Shown: positions 32,169-42,256 of the stretch, piece by piece
Numbering within the stretch: the stretch's first letter is position 1
How the letters are laid out: every line of letters starts with the position of its first letter
DNA from: Candidatus Eiseniibacteriota bacterium
Lineage (GTDB): Bacteria; Orphanbacterota; Orphanbacteria; Orphanbacterales; Orphanbacteraceae
Direction of reading: 5' to 3'
DNA length: 64,000 nucleotides
Assembly (NCBI GenBank): GCA_043809585.1
Contig: JBDROZ010000087.1
Coordinates: 1-64,000 of the forward strand
Position numbers and translations under genes: made by a program
The notes under the pieces: generated by a model
Databases searched by the model: none
Told to the model about the DNA's origin: nothing
What the model saw: only the letters and a program-made list of their open reading frames with translations

Positions 32169-32750
32169 CTATTCCGTCTTTCGGCAAAGTTCGGGGAGGG
32201 TGGCCGAGACCCACGCGTCGACCTGGCTCTTCAGGTCTTCCAGGGAGCCGTCGTTCACCATGGTCGTCGTGGAGAGAGTGGCCGCTTTCTGGATGCCGAA
32301 GATCCGCTCCTCCCGGGCGTCGTGTTCCAGGAGCTCATCGATCGTCTTCGGATCCCGGGCGCTCCCCCGGGTGCGGGCGCGGCGGAGCCGCTCCTCGTCG
32401 TCCGAGACGATCACGTTGATGAGGAGGAACCGGTCGCCGTAGCGGTCCCGAAGGGTTCTGGCGTCGAGGTAAGTGCGGATTCCGGTCACCACCGTGAAGG
32501 GGGCCCCCGCGGCGTCGAGCCGGTCGATCACGATCCTAATGAAGTAGTCGTTCCCGTATTTCTCGAAGTGGGACCGGGAAATCTCGTTCAGATTGGCCCG
32601 GGTCGGCTCGATCCCCTTTTCCCTCGCGATGTCCCTGACGATGTCGCCCATGGAGATGCTGGGCACTCCGTACTCGTCGGCGATGATGTCGAGGGCCGTG
32701 TCCTTTCCCGATCCGTTCTTTCCGACCGCTCCGATGACCTTTTTCCGCAT
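32169..32750 (-). CDS. P-loop nucleoside-monophosphate/dephospho-CoA kinase-like protein (UPF0200-like)
   Basis: VIGAVGKNGSGKDT Walker A, SMGDIVR, GIR, R..R...RG..RD, NDGSLEDL. Confidence 0.8.
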   Translation of the reverse strand: MRKKVIGAVGKNGSGKDTALDIIADEYGVPSISMGDIVRDIAREKGIEPTRANLNEISRSHFEKYGNDYFIRIVIDRLDAAGAPFTVVTGIRTYLDARTLRDRYGDRFLLINVIVSDDEERLRRARTRGSARDPKTIDELLEHDAREERIFGIQKAATLSTTTMVNDGSLEDLKSQVDAWVSATLPELCRKTE

Positions 32751-32918
32751 GCACTCCTCTCCATTGCCTGGTGTGGACCCGGATTGTACCATCCGGCGAT
32801 AGGGATTGCGACGGCTTCATCCGTATTCCGGCTCCCCCTTGGATGAGCGGTCTCATGCGGTTATGCTGAGACAGATCCCGCGGAGGCGCCCCTTCGCGCC
32901 CCCCTTTCGGAGGTGCCC

Positions 32919-34838
32919 ATGCTCGTCCCCATGATCGCCGCGGCGATCCTCGCGGCCGCCGCCGTCTATTTCGCCTACCACCCGTCGGCGCTGATCTGGT
33001 CCCTCTCCTTCGGCGCCGACCTGTCGCCGGAGGCTCGGATTCTCTGGATCGGGTTCGGAGGCGTCGCGTTCCTCCTGCCTCTCCTCCTTCTCGCCTCCCG
33101 GGGGAAGGACCGGTGGCTCCCCCGAATCCGGCCCGGCGGCCCACCGGCCATGGTCCTCATCGGGGCCGCCGCCTTTCTCGTCTTCTATCTTCTTCGCTCA
33201 CGGAACCATTTTCTAGGGGATGGATGGTTGATCACGACCTTCATCGAGCGGGAGGGCGTGCCCATGGAGACCCGGCCGGGGATGGGCACCCTCTGGATCC
33301 AGCGGCTCGGCTTCCTGGTGCTGAGGCGGTTCGGCGTCGGCGTGGAGACGTACCTCATACTTTTCGCCTGCCTCGCCGGGGCCTTGTACGTTCTTCTTCT
33401 GGTCCGATGGGCGAGGATCGCCGGGGGAGCGGGCCCCGCGGGGACGCCCCGGGGCTCCCGCCTTCTCCTCGCCGCGGTTCCCCTGACGGCGGGTTTCATG
33501 CAGATTTACTTCGGGTACGTGGAAAACTACCCGCTCGTCCATCTCTTCCTCCTCCTCTATCTGATCGAAGGGACCCACGCCCTCCTCTCGGGGCGCCACC
33601 CCTGGACCGCCCTCGCCTTCTTCGGCCTCGCCCTCCTCTCCCATTGGGGGGCGATCGTCTTCTTCCCCTCCCTGTTCGTTCTCCTCGCCCGGAAGAAACC
33701 GGAGGGGGAGGGCCGGTCCCCTCTCCGATTCCTCCCGGAGGCGACGATCATCCTCTTTCTCCTCCTCCTCCCTCCGACACTCGCCCAGTTTCGGATTCTC
33801 CTGCCCCCCCTGCCCTGGTACCGGGTCTCGACGAGGACTCCCTACGGCATTCTCTCCATCGAGTATGTCCGGCAGTGCCTGAACTTCGCGCTCCTCCTCG
33901 TCCCCGCCGCTTCCCTCCTCTTCCTGGTCTCCCGCCGGCGGAAGGAACCGGATCCGGCCGCCGAGGGGCCCCTCCGCTTTCTCCGGACCGCCGCCCTCGC
34001 GGGGATCGCCTTCGCTCTGGTCATGCGCCCCTTCCTCGGTCCACGGGACTGGGATCTCTTCTCTCTCTTCGCCCCCCCCGTGGCGCTCTGGGCCGCCTTC
34101 CGCGCCCGGCGGCGCCTCGAAGGCCGTCGGATCCTCCCCGCCGGCCTCTTCGCCGCGGGGATCGGCCTCTTCTTCCTCGCCCCCTGGGTGCTCGGCAACC
34201 GGGACCCGGAGGCCGGCGCGCGCCGGGTGGTCCGCATGATCGAAGAGGACCCGAACCACTACCGGGGGAAAAGGCCCCTCGCCTCCTCCCTCGCCTGGGT
34301 GATGGTGGAGCGGGACGCCGGCGAGGTCGGTTTCGAACTGCTCCAGCACGTGATCCGGAAGCGTCCCGACGACGCCGTCGCCCAGGCCAACCTGGGGATT
34401 CTCTATTTTCAGCGGGGGGAGTACGAAGAGGCCCGCCCCCACCTGGCCGAGGCGCTCCGGTCCGCCCCGGAACTCTCGCAGCCGATCTTCTACCTCGGGG
34501 CGACGGAGTTCATGCTCCAGCGGACGGACCTCGGCGAGATGGCCTTCCGGGAATACCTCCACCGCAACCCGGGAAACCTGTCGGCGGAGAGCTACCTCGG
34601 GCGTGCGCTCATGTGGCGGGGGGAGTGGGAGGAGGCCCTCGAACATCTGCTCGTCGCCCACGAGGCTCTTCCGAACGAAGCGGATCTGAACTTCTGGATC
34701 GCCCGGACCCTCGACGAACTCGGCCGGCGGGAGGAAGCCCGGGCGTATGCCGGCCGCGCCCTGGCCGCCGACCCGAATCACCAGGGGGCCCTCCGCCTCC
34801 GCTCGAAGATCGCCGGTGGATCTTCGGAGAAGCGCTGA
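32919..34838 (+). CDS. Polytopic membrane protein (GT-C-like) with C-terminal TPRs
   Basis: HFLGDG, YFGYVENY, GPRDWDLF motifs, about 12 TMs, TPR tail. Confidence 0.75.
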   Translation: MLVPMIAAAILAAAAVYFAYHPSALIWSLSFGADLSPEARILWIGFGGVAFLLPLLLLASRGKDRWLPRIRPGGPPAMVLIGAAAFLVFYLLRSRNHFLGDGWLITTFIEREGVPMETRPGMGTLWIQRLGFLVLRRFGVGVETYLILFACLAGALYVLLLVRWARIAGGAGPAGTPRGSRLLLAAVPLTAGFMQIYFGYVENYPLVHLFLLLYLIEGTHALLSGRHPWTALAFFGLALLSHWGAIVFFPSLFVLLARKKPEGEGRSPLRFLPEATIILFLLLLPPTLAQFRILLPPLPWYRVSTRTPYGILSIEYVRQCLNFALLLVPAASLLFLVSRRRKEPDPAAEGPLRFLRTAALAGIAFALVMRPFLGPRDWDLFSLFAPPVALWAAFRARRRLEGRRILPAGLFAAGIGLFFLAPWVLGNRDPEAGARRVVRMIEEDPNHYRGKRPLASSLAWVMVERDAGEVGFELLQHVIRKRPDDAVAQANLGILYFQRGEYEEARPHLAEALRSAPELSQPIFYLGATEFMLQRTDLGEMAFREYLHRNPGNLSAESYLGRALMWRGEWEEALEHLLVAHEALPNEADLNFWIARTLDELGRREEARAYAGRALAADPNHQGALRLRSKIAGGSSEKR

Positions 34839-34853
34839 GGGGGCGTGGGGGGA

Positions 34854-37605
34854 TTAGGGGGAGGTCCGCAGGTCGGAGACGGGACCGGGGGGGATCACGT
34901 CGAAATGGAACTGGTACCCCCCCGAGGACCCCGACTGCCCGCCCGGCGCCTCCGAGTGAACCCGGTAATAGTAGGTCACGTCGTTGGCGATGTCCGGCTC
35001 GCTCAGCATGACCGCGTGATGGGTCACGGGCGATTCGTCGAGGTCGCTGAAGAACCCGTACGAGGGACCCGGCCCGTACTCGACCCGCGAGTCGGCGGGC
35101 ATGTCCGTGTCCCACTCGACGAAGACCGAAAACGCGCCCTCCCCGCCGTAAGTGGCCGTGACGTTCGAGATCTGGAGGAAGAGGTTCTCGCCGCTGAAGC
35201 CGAAGCTGAGGAGACCCGCCTCGGTGGCGGTGGGCGGGGGCGTCACGATCTCCTCCGCCCCCTGCGGGGCCGGCATGTCGGACCGGCGGACGTAAACGGT
35301 GCGGCCTTCCCGGAAGACCCGGTAGGCGGTCTCGGGGATCAAGTTGCAGATCGTGTGAATCGACGACGTGTCCTCCGGCGCGACCCGGTAGCTCACCGAA
35401 TCGATGCCGCTCGTCTCCTCCCGCCCGAAGAGGATCACCCGCTCGTTCACGATCTCCGCCCCCACCATCCCCTCCGACTCGATCAGGCGCGTATCGGGCA
35501 TCTCGGTCACGTCGTTGTCGCACGGGTAGAGCACGTGAAGGAAGAGGTCGTCCTCGGCGGGCGTCGTCGCCTCCACCTCGATCCGTCCCCATCCGATGGT
35601 CACCGAGGGGAGATAGTCTTCGTGATACTCCTTCCCCTCGTTCCACTCGCCCCAGTAGAAGTTCTCGCCCTCCGTCGGGTCGTAGCGCCCGTTCCCGTCG
35701 AACCCGCCCATCCAGTAGGCGAAGCCGTCCTGGGAGCGGTTCCGGCCGCCGATCTTCCGGATCGTCCGGTCGTGGGGGAGGAGGGACTTCATGAAGAGCC
35801 GCCCCTGCCCGTAACGGGTGTCGGTGACGTAGGCGGTGTTCGCGCCCGCGAAGTCCCAGATGCCCGCCTCCGAGTCCCCCATCCTCTGCACCGCCGTCCC
35901 CACGACGACCGGCTCCGCGTCGAAGTGGAGGTTCCACACCTTCACGAAGTCCGGATCCACGGAGCCCACGCGGTCGAAGACCACGAAGTAGTCCGGTCGG
36001 AGAAAGACGAACTCCCGGGTGATGTGGGTCAGCTTGTTCGGGTAGAAGTCGATGTCGGATCGGCTCTCGGAGAGGGCCTCCTGGTTGTAGGCGTTGTGGA
36101 GATCCGCCTGGGCGTAGGTGTAACTCCCGTTCGCCTCGTAGGCGATGATGTTTCCCGGCTGGAAGGTGGAGTCCGTCAAGACCTGGTTCACGCCGGGGGC
36201 GCTCTTCGGCAGGATCTGCCCTCCGTCGTTCACCAGCAGTCCGCTGCTCGCGGGGGCCGCACCCCAGTAGAAGGGCTCGTTCGGGTCGTAGATCGAGACT
36301 GTGTTGTGGGCCGCGGAGCGGTGGTAGTAGTTCGAGGCGTGATCGTCCCCGTCGGTCGAGCGGTACTGGCCGTAGTATCCGCTGTCGATCGTCAGATTCC
36401 CCTTCCGGTGAATCGTGAACGCCCCCGCGTCTTGGTGCTGGTGGCCGTAGAAGTACTTGCCCGCTTCGAAGTAGGCCCATGTGGCGTTCTCGTCGTCGAG
36501 ACCCGTGGTCATGTAGATGTGGTCCATGCCCCCCGCGCCGAGTCGCACGGTCTTGGGGGATGTGGACGCGCTGTAGGCGGGAAGGGTGGGATCGTACCAG
36601 AGGACCAGGCACCAGAGGCTGGTGTTCTGGTAGTGCCCGACGCTCCTCCCCTGGACCTCCTGCCAGTAGTTCTTCGTGATGCTCTGATGATAGGGGTCCT
36701 GGGCGCGGGCCGCCATGAGGGCCACGTTCTTGTAGCTGTCGTTGCCGATCCCGTAGAGCTCGTCCTGGTTCGCCTCCATCTTCCACCGCTGGGGGATCTT
36801 CCCGTAAATGATCCACGGGCCCCACTCGCGGGCCCACTTCCCGGAGAGCGCCCAGGCATCGACGCCGGTCGCGACGGTGAACGCCTCGAGCATCCAGGCC
36901 CGGTCGAATTGGAGGCCCGTCTCGTATCCCGCACCCGTCGCGCCGACACCCCCCTGGAGGTCGAGGGCCCCGGCGAAGTAGTCCTCGATGTAGGAGCTGA
37001 CCGATTGGTATTCGCTCGCGTAGTCCCCGCCTCCGTCCACGTTCGACCCGGTGAAGAGAAGGGACCGGAGGATGGCGGTCATGCGGAGGTAGGTGGTGTT
37101 GTCCCGCCAGGTCTGCACGTCCGGGTAGTAGCTGGTCGGGCTCCCGTATTTCGGCGCCAGCGCCGAGATGTCCGAAGCGGAAAGCCGCTCCCAGATCCAG
37201 TCCGCCGCGATGGCCCGGCAGGCGCCGGTCGAGCTGATCCCCCAGCCGCCGGAGGAGAGAAGGGCGTCGCGGGTGAACTCCCAGTACCGGTTCTCCTCGA
37301 ACCCCCCCCCCGTCGTAGCCGGTCTGGTTCCAATACCGGTGGATACGGTAAACGAGGGCGTAGTCGGGGAGGTAGAGGCCGTCGGTCTTTCCGCCGTTGA
37401 TCCGGTCGTCCGAAAAGGCGACGAGCTTTTCATAGAATTCCCTGTGGGTCCCCCCGGCGCGGCAGCGGTCCGCGATCTGCCCGATCGAGTCGGAGGTGAA
37501 GAAGATCCGGGGATGACTCGGGTGCATGTCGTATCCCCACGCGGGGCCGGCGAGGAGAACCAGGAGGAGGGGGAGGGCGCGCAGGACCTTTCGGATTAGG
37601 GTCAT
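34854..37605 (-). CDS. Secreted heparinase II/III-like polysaccharide lyase with C-terminal FN3-like domain; +1 frameshift in G10 run (37302-37311)
   Basis: Signal peptide and HPRIF in one frame; after the run, GHQHQDAGAF, DSG.Y, AHNT, REFVFLRPDYFVVFDRV and W.TD.PADSRVEYG...H.V.L...YYYRV in the next frame. Confidence 0.75.
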
Positions 37606-37794
37606 CGTCTTCTCGTTCGTTGGAATGGGACGCAGGGCACAACCTCTTCCTTCGGAGTATCGACCGGCCGGGGGGGGACCTGAGCACGGGGGGAGAGGTT
37701 CTCCGCCGCCCCTCGCCACGGGTTCTCATCGAACTTAAATCCTAGCACGGAAAGAGGATGGACGCCAACGGCTCCGTGGGTCGGGAGCGCCGGG

Positions 37795-39141
37795 CTACCC
37801 CGATGTCTTGCGGAGGCCGACCCAGGCCCAGGCGAGGAGGATCAACAGGGCGAGCAGGACGAGGAGACCGGCCCGGAGCCGGCTCCCCCGGAGCAGGGCC
37901 CGGCCGAACGAACGGGGGTCGGCGATCAGGAGGGACCCGTAAGGAATCAGGATCTGGTCGATCGGGTCCCGGTAGCGCGGGTGTCCGTGGGCGACCGCCG
38001 TGCCCCCCACGATGTAGAGAGCGAGGACGAGCGCGATCCACCAGTAGATGCTCCGGCGGGCGAGCACGAATCCGGCGAGGGAGATCAGTATCCAAATCGC
38101 GCTCGAAGTCCCGGAAAAAAGCGTGACGATCCGGTTCATTGCGCCGGGCATGGCGTAGGCGGTCCGGAGGAAGTCCCGGTGGAAGCTCGGGAAGAGAAGC
38201 CACGAGACCTTCTTGAATCCATTCCGGACGAAAGCCCCCGGGTTCTCCCGGATGAAGGCCCGCGCCTGCCGGGAATGCCAGCGGCGATAGTCGGGGCTTC
38301 CCCACCGGAGGCCGTCCGGGGCCCTCGTCGGAAGGTCCATGTGCTTTCCGGTCGTCTCCGGGTTGTTCCCGATGTGCAGGTTGACGCCGGACGTCTGGGC
38401 GATGGGAAGGGGTTCCCCCCAGACCGAAGCATTCCGGATCATCCAGGGGGAGATCACCAGGACCAGCGCCGCCCCGTACGCCGCGAGCCCGGCAGGCGCC
38501 CTTCTCCTTCCGCGAAAGCCGAGGAACACGAGTAGACCGAAGAGGAAGGGGAAGAGGAGCGCCGAATCCCTGGCGAGCGTCGCGGCGCCGGCCACGGCCC
38601 CGAGGGCGGCGGCGTCCCCGTAGGAGGGCCGTTCGCTCGAGCGCAGGGCGAGGAGGACCGCGCCGAAGAGAAGGAGCGAGAAGAGACCTTCGGTGAGGAC
38701 GAACGTGTCGAGGATGACGAAGGGGGGGAGGAGGCCCCGGATCCCGAACGCGATCCAGGCGGCCCTCCGCCCGCCGATCCTGTCGGCGATCCGGAAGAGA
38801 AGGAGCGACGCCAGGACGCCGGGCAGGGCCGAGTAGATTTGCGCCGCTTTGTACGGCGCTTCCGGATAGGCGCGGAAGAGTCCGGCGAGGTAGACGAAGA
38901 AGAGGGGCGCCCGGTATCCGAACTCGCCGCCGGGCCGGAGCCAGGCCGATCCGGAACCGGCGAGCTCGCGGGCGGTTTGAAAATAGACCATCAGGTCCCC
39001 GGAGGGGGGGGGCTCGGCCCGGCCGAAGAGAAGAACGACGGCGATCCGTATGAGCAAAAACGCCGCGACGCCGATCATCAGACCGGGAGGAAAGGACCTT
39101 CCGGATTCCGAGGGGGGGCGGTTCTCTGTGGTCCCCGACAT
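37795..39141 (-). CDS. GT-C (ArnT/PMT-like) membrane glycosyltransferase
   Basis: GD...Y, YRAPL, LTEGLF, PWMIRN, GVNLHIGNNP, PRYR.P. Confidence 0.85.
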   Translation of the reverse strand: MSGTTENRPPSESGRSFPPGLMIGVAAFLLIRIAVVLLFGRAEPPPSGDLMVYFQTARELAGSGSAWLRPGGEFGYRAPLFFVYLAGLFRAYPEAPYKAAQIYSALPGVLASLLLFRIADRIGGRRAAWIAFGIRGLLPPFVILDTFVLTEGLFSLLLFGAVLLALRSSERPSYGDAAALGAVAGAATLARDSALLFPFLFGLLVFLGFRGRRRAPAGLAAYGAALVLVISPWMIRNASVWGEPLPIAQTSGVNLHIGNNPETTGKHMDLPTRAPDGLRWGSPDYRRWHSRQARAFIRENPGAFVRNGFKKVSWLLFPSFHRDFLRTAYAMPGAMNRIVTLFSGTSSAIWILISLAGFVLARRSIYWWIALVLALYIVGGTAVAHGHPRYRDPIDQILIPYGSLLIADPRSFGRALLRGSRLRAGLLVLLALLILLAWAWVGLRKTSG

Positions 39142-39327
39142 GGGCGCATTATAGCGGCGGCACCGGGGGGAGTAAACGCGAAGGGGAAGGTTCGGGGAAG
39201 AGGTCCTCCGCACGGCCCCCATGGCCGTTTCACCCTCCCCACGGATGTGGTAGCTTGGGGATTGTCCGCGCCGGGGGCGTCGGCGCGGAGTGTTCGCGAC
39301 CGACTCCCTTGAAGGGGTAGACATTCG

Positions 39328-41007
39328 ATGGCGATGGTCGAAGCGGTGGTCGGAACGAAGAGGAACTCGGGATCCGTCCCGGAGCACCCGGGGCGTTCTT
39401 TTCGGTGGGAAGTCGCCGCCGTCATCCTCATCGCCCTCCTCGTCCGCCTGCCGAACCTCGGGCATACGCCCTTCGTGGACGAGTTGAACCACGTTCTCGC
39501 GGCGCGCTCCTTCGTCGAGGACGGGGAGATGCGGCTTCCCGGAGGCGGGGGTTACGGGAGGGCCAAGCTCTTCACGCACGCGGTGGCCGCTCTCTTCCGG
39601 ATCTTCGGCGAGAGCCTCGCCGTCGCCCGGATCCCGGCGCTCCTCGCGGGCGTCGCCCTCGTGACGGCGCTCTTCCTCTGGCTGAGGCGAAACGCGGGGG
39701 TTCTGGCCGCCTGGATCGGCGCGCTCCTCTTCTGCTTCTATCCCGAGTCGATCTATCTTTCCCAAATCTCCCGTTTCTACACGTTGCAGGCGCTCTTTCT
39801 CTGGATCGGGGCGACGCAGATCTACCGGATCGCGGAGGACCCCGAGAACCGGGAAACGTGGTTGCGGGCCGGAGCGATCTCGGTCGTGAGTCTGCTTCTG
39901 GCCGTCCATTTTCAGCTTCTCAGTTTGATCGGCGCGGGTTGCGTCGCCGTCTGGGCCGGCGCCGCCCTGGCCCCGTGGATCGGGGCCAAGGCGCGAACCT
40001 CTCCCCGCCCGGCCTTCCTGTTCGCTGCTCTCCTCGCGGCCGCCGCCCTGGTTCTCTTTCTCGCCTGGCGGAGCGGAAGGGTCGCGGGTCTGTGGGATTT
40101 CTACCGCAACCGGGCCGACCTTTGGGCCGCGGGCTCGGGGGACAGCCGCCGGTTCTACCACTGGATCCTCCTCGGCCTTTACCCGACGATTTGGCCCCTC
40201 TTCCCCTTCCTCGCGATCTTCGCCCTTCTCCGGCGGCCGCGGCCCGCGTCGTTTGCCGTGACCGTCTTCGTGCTCGTCTTTCTCATTCAGTCGGGGGCTT
40301 CGTGGAAGGCGGAGCGCTATCTCTTCTACGCCATGCCCTATTTCTTCGGCGCCGTGGGGATCGCCCTCAGTGACCTGATTTCGCTGACGGCCGGCCGGTG
40401 GGCGGAGGGGATCCGGTCGCTCGCCGGCCGCCGCTCCCTTCCGATGCCGGCGGGCCGGATCGCGACGGTACTCGTCGCGGGGGCTTTGCTCATTGCCGCG
40501 CTCTGGAACGACGCCACGCCGATCGCCTGGAAAATGCTCACCGAAGAGGACGCGCGGTGGAACCTCCCCCAAATCTACCGCGGGGAGCCGGACTGGGTGG
40601 CGGCGGAACCGACGGTCCGTCCCTACCTGGACGAAGGAGCCGCCCTCGTCGCCTCGTCCGCGCTCAAGGCCCTCTGGGCGTGGGGCCGGATCGACTACAT
40701 CCTCAGCCGGGACCGGCTGAATGACGTGGGGAGGAAGGGACCGAGAAAGGAGATGGAGAACTGGTGGAAGATCGCCCGTCCGGTCCTCTCCGAAGTCCCC
40801 TCCCTCGAGCGCATCACGGCCGAGCATCCCCTCGGGATCGTCGTGATCGAGCAAGGTTCGTGGAGAAAATCCTGGGGCGTCCCGCCGGCAGTCGCCGATT
40901 GGCTCGATGCGAACCTCCGTCCCCTCCCCTTCGCACCGGAGTGGAGACTCCACGGGTTCTACTGGGATCACCGGGCGGACCGGCCTTCCCCGGCGCCCCG
41001 GTCGTGA
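39328..41007 (+). CDS. GT-C (GT39-like) membrane glycosyltransferase
   Basis: FVDELNH, ARIP, SQISRFY, ERYLFY; many TMs. Confidence 0.82.
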   Translation: MAMVEAVVGTKRNSGSVPEHPGRSFRWEVAAVILIALLVRLPNLGHTPFVDELNHVLAARSFVEDGEMRLPGGGGYGRAKLFTHAVAALFRIFGESLAVARIPALLAGVALVTALFLWLRRNAGVLAAWIGALLFCFYPESIYLSQISRFYTLQALFLWIGATQIYRIAEDPENRETWLRAGAISVVSLLLAVHFQLLSLIGAGCVAVWAGAALAPWIGAKARTSPRPAFLFAALLAAAALVLFLAWRSGRVAGLWDFYRNRADLWAAGSGDSRRFYHWILLGLYPTIWPLFPFLAIFALLRRPRPASFAVTVFVLVFLIQSGASWKAERYLFYAMPYFFGAVGIALSDLISLTAGRWAEGIRSLAGRRSLPMPAGRIATVLVAGALLIAALWNDATPIAWKMLTEEDARWNLPQIYRGEPDWVAAEPTVRPYLDEGAALVASSALKALWAWGRIDYILSRDRLNDVGRKGPRKEMENWWKIARPVLSEVPSLERITAEHPLGIVVIEQGSWRKSWGVPPAVADWLDANLRPLPFAPEWRLHGFYWDHRADRPSPAPRS

Positions 41008-41017
41008 GGGGACGTCC

Positions 41018-42256
41018 ATGACGACGGGCGGGGGGGGAGGACCGGCGATTCCGGAGGTGGGCGTGATCGCCCTGGTGCCCGATCACTGGGGACCCTACTG
41101 GCAGCCCCGGCACTACGTGCTCTCCCTCCTGGCCCGGTTCTTCCGTGTCGTCTGGATGGAGCCGGCCGTCGACGGCCGTTCTTATCTCCTCCGCCGGGCC
41201 TCCGGAGGGGAGTCCCATCCGGTCCCGGCCGGCCTGTCGATTTTCGGCGCCCGCCGCTGGCCTCCGAAGATCTACCGGCCCGCGGCCCTCGCCGCGTGGG
41301 CGGAACGGGCCCGCCTCCGCGCCGCCCGGAGGCGCCTCGAGAGTCTCGGCTGCCGGCGGTTCATCCTCTATGTCTGGCGCCCCCGCTTCGCCTCCGCCCT
41401 CGGCCTCGTCGACCACGACCTCGCCTGCTATCACATCGACGACGAGTACGTCTTCTACGGAAGGGAGAACGCCGAAGAGGCGGCTCACGGCGAGCGGGAA
41501 CTGATGAAGCGGGTGGACCAGGTCTTCATCCACTCCCCCGCCTTGCTCGAGAAGAAGGGGGACGTGAACCCGCGCACGGAGCGGGCGCCGAACGGGGTCG
41601 ACTTCGACGCCTACCGGAAGCCCCGAGAAGAGCCGGAGGACCTGGCGCCGATCCCCCGTCCCCGTATCGGTTACGTGGGATGGCTGAAGCGCCAGCTCGA
41701 CTGGCCGCTGATCGAGAGGCTCGTGGATGCGCGCAAGGAGTGGTCTTTTGTCTTCGTCGGGCCCGCCGCTCCCCACGACGAGGTTCGGGAGAGCGTGGAA
41801 CGGCTCGCCGCCCGGCCCAACGTTCGCTTCCTCGGGGGAAAGCCGGTGGACCAACTTCCCGCCTACTCCCGGCACTTCGACGTCGGCGTCATGCCGTACC
41901 GGTCGGACGAATACACCCGCTACATCTATCCGCTGAAGCTCCACGAATTCCTCGCCACCGGAAACCCCGTCGTGGCGACCCGCATCCGATCCCTTGAGGA
42001 ATTCTCCCGCGTGGTCCTCCTCGCCGAAACGCCGGAGGAGTGGATCGCGGCGATCGAAGCCTCCCTCGAAGGGGCCGGGCCGGGGGCGGAGGAACGCCGC
42101 GCCGCGCGTCTTGAGGTCGCCCGGGAACACGACTGGGGGGTCATCGCCGGGCGGATCGCCGTCACCCTCGCCCGCCGCCTTTCGCCCGAAATCGCCGTCC
42201 GGGCCGAAGAGACCGCGGCGGCGCTCCTCCGGGAGAGGGGGGTGTCGGTTGAGTGA
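41018..42256 (+). CDS. GT4-like glycosyltransferase (TuaH-like)
   Basis: WQPRH, YHIDDE, PNGVD, IGYVG, PLKLHEFLATG.PVV. Confidence 0.88.
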   Translation: MTTGGGGGPAIPEVGVIALVPDHWGPYWQPRHYVLSLLARFFRVVWMEPAVDGRSYLLRRASGGESHPVPAGLSIFGARRWPPKIYRPAALAAWAERARLRAARRRLESLGCRRFILYVWRPRFASALGLVDHDLACYHIDDEYVFYGRENAEEAAHGERELMKRVDQVFIHSPALLEKKGDVNPRTERAPNGVDFDAYRKPREEPEDLAPIPRPRIGYVGWLKRQLDWPLIERLVDARKEWSFVFVGPAAPHDEVRESVERLAARPNVRFLGGKPVDQLPAYSRHFDVGVMPYRSDEYTRYIYPLKLHEFLATGNPVVATRIRSLEEFSRVVLLAETPEEWIAAIEASLEGAGPGAEERRAARLEVAREHDWGVIAGRIAVTLARRLSPEIAVRAEETAAALLRERGVSVE

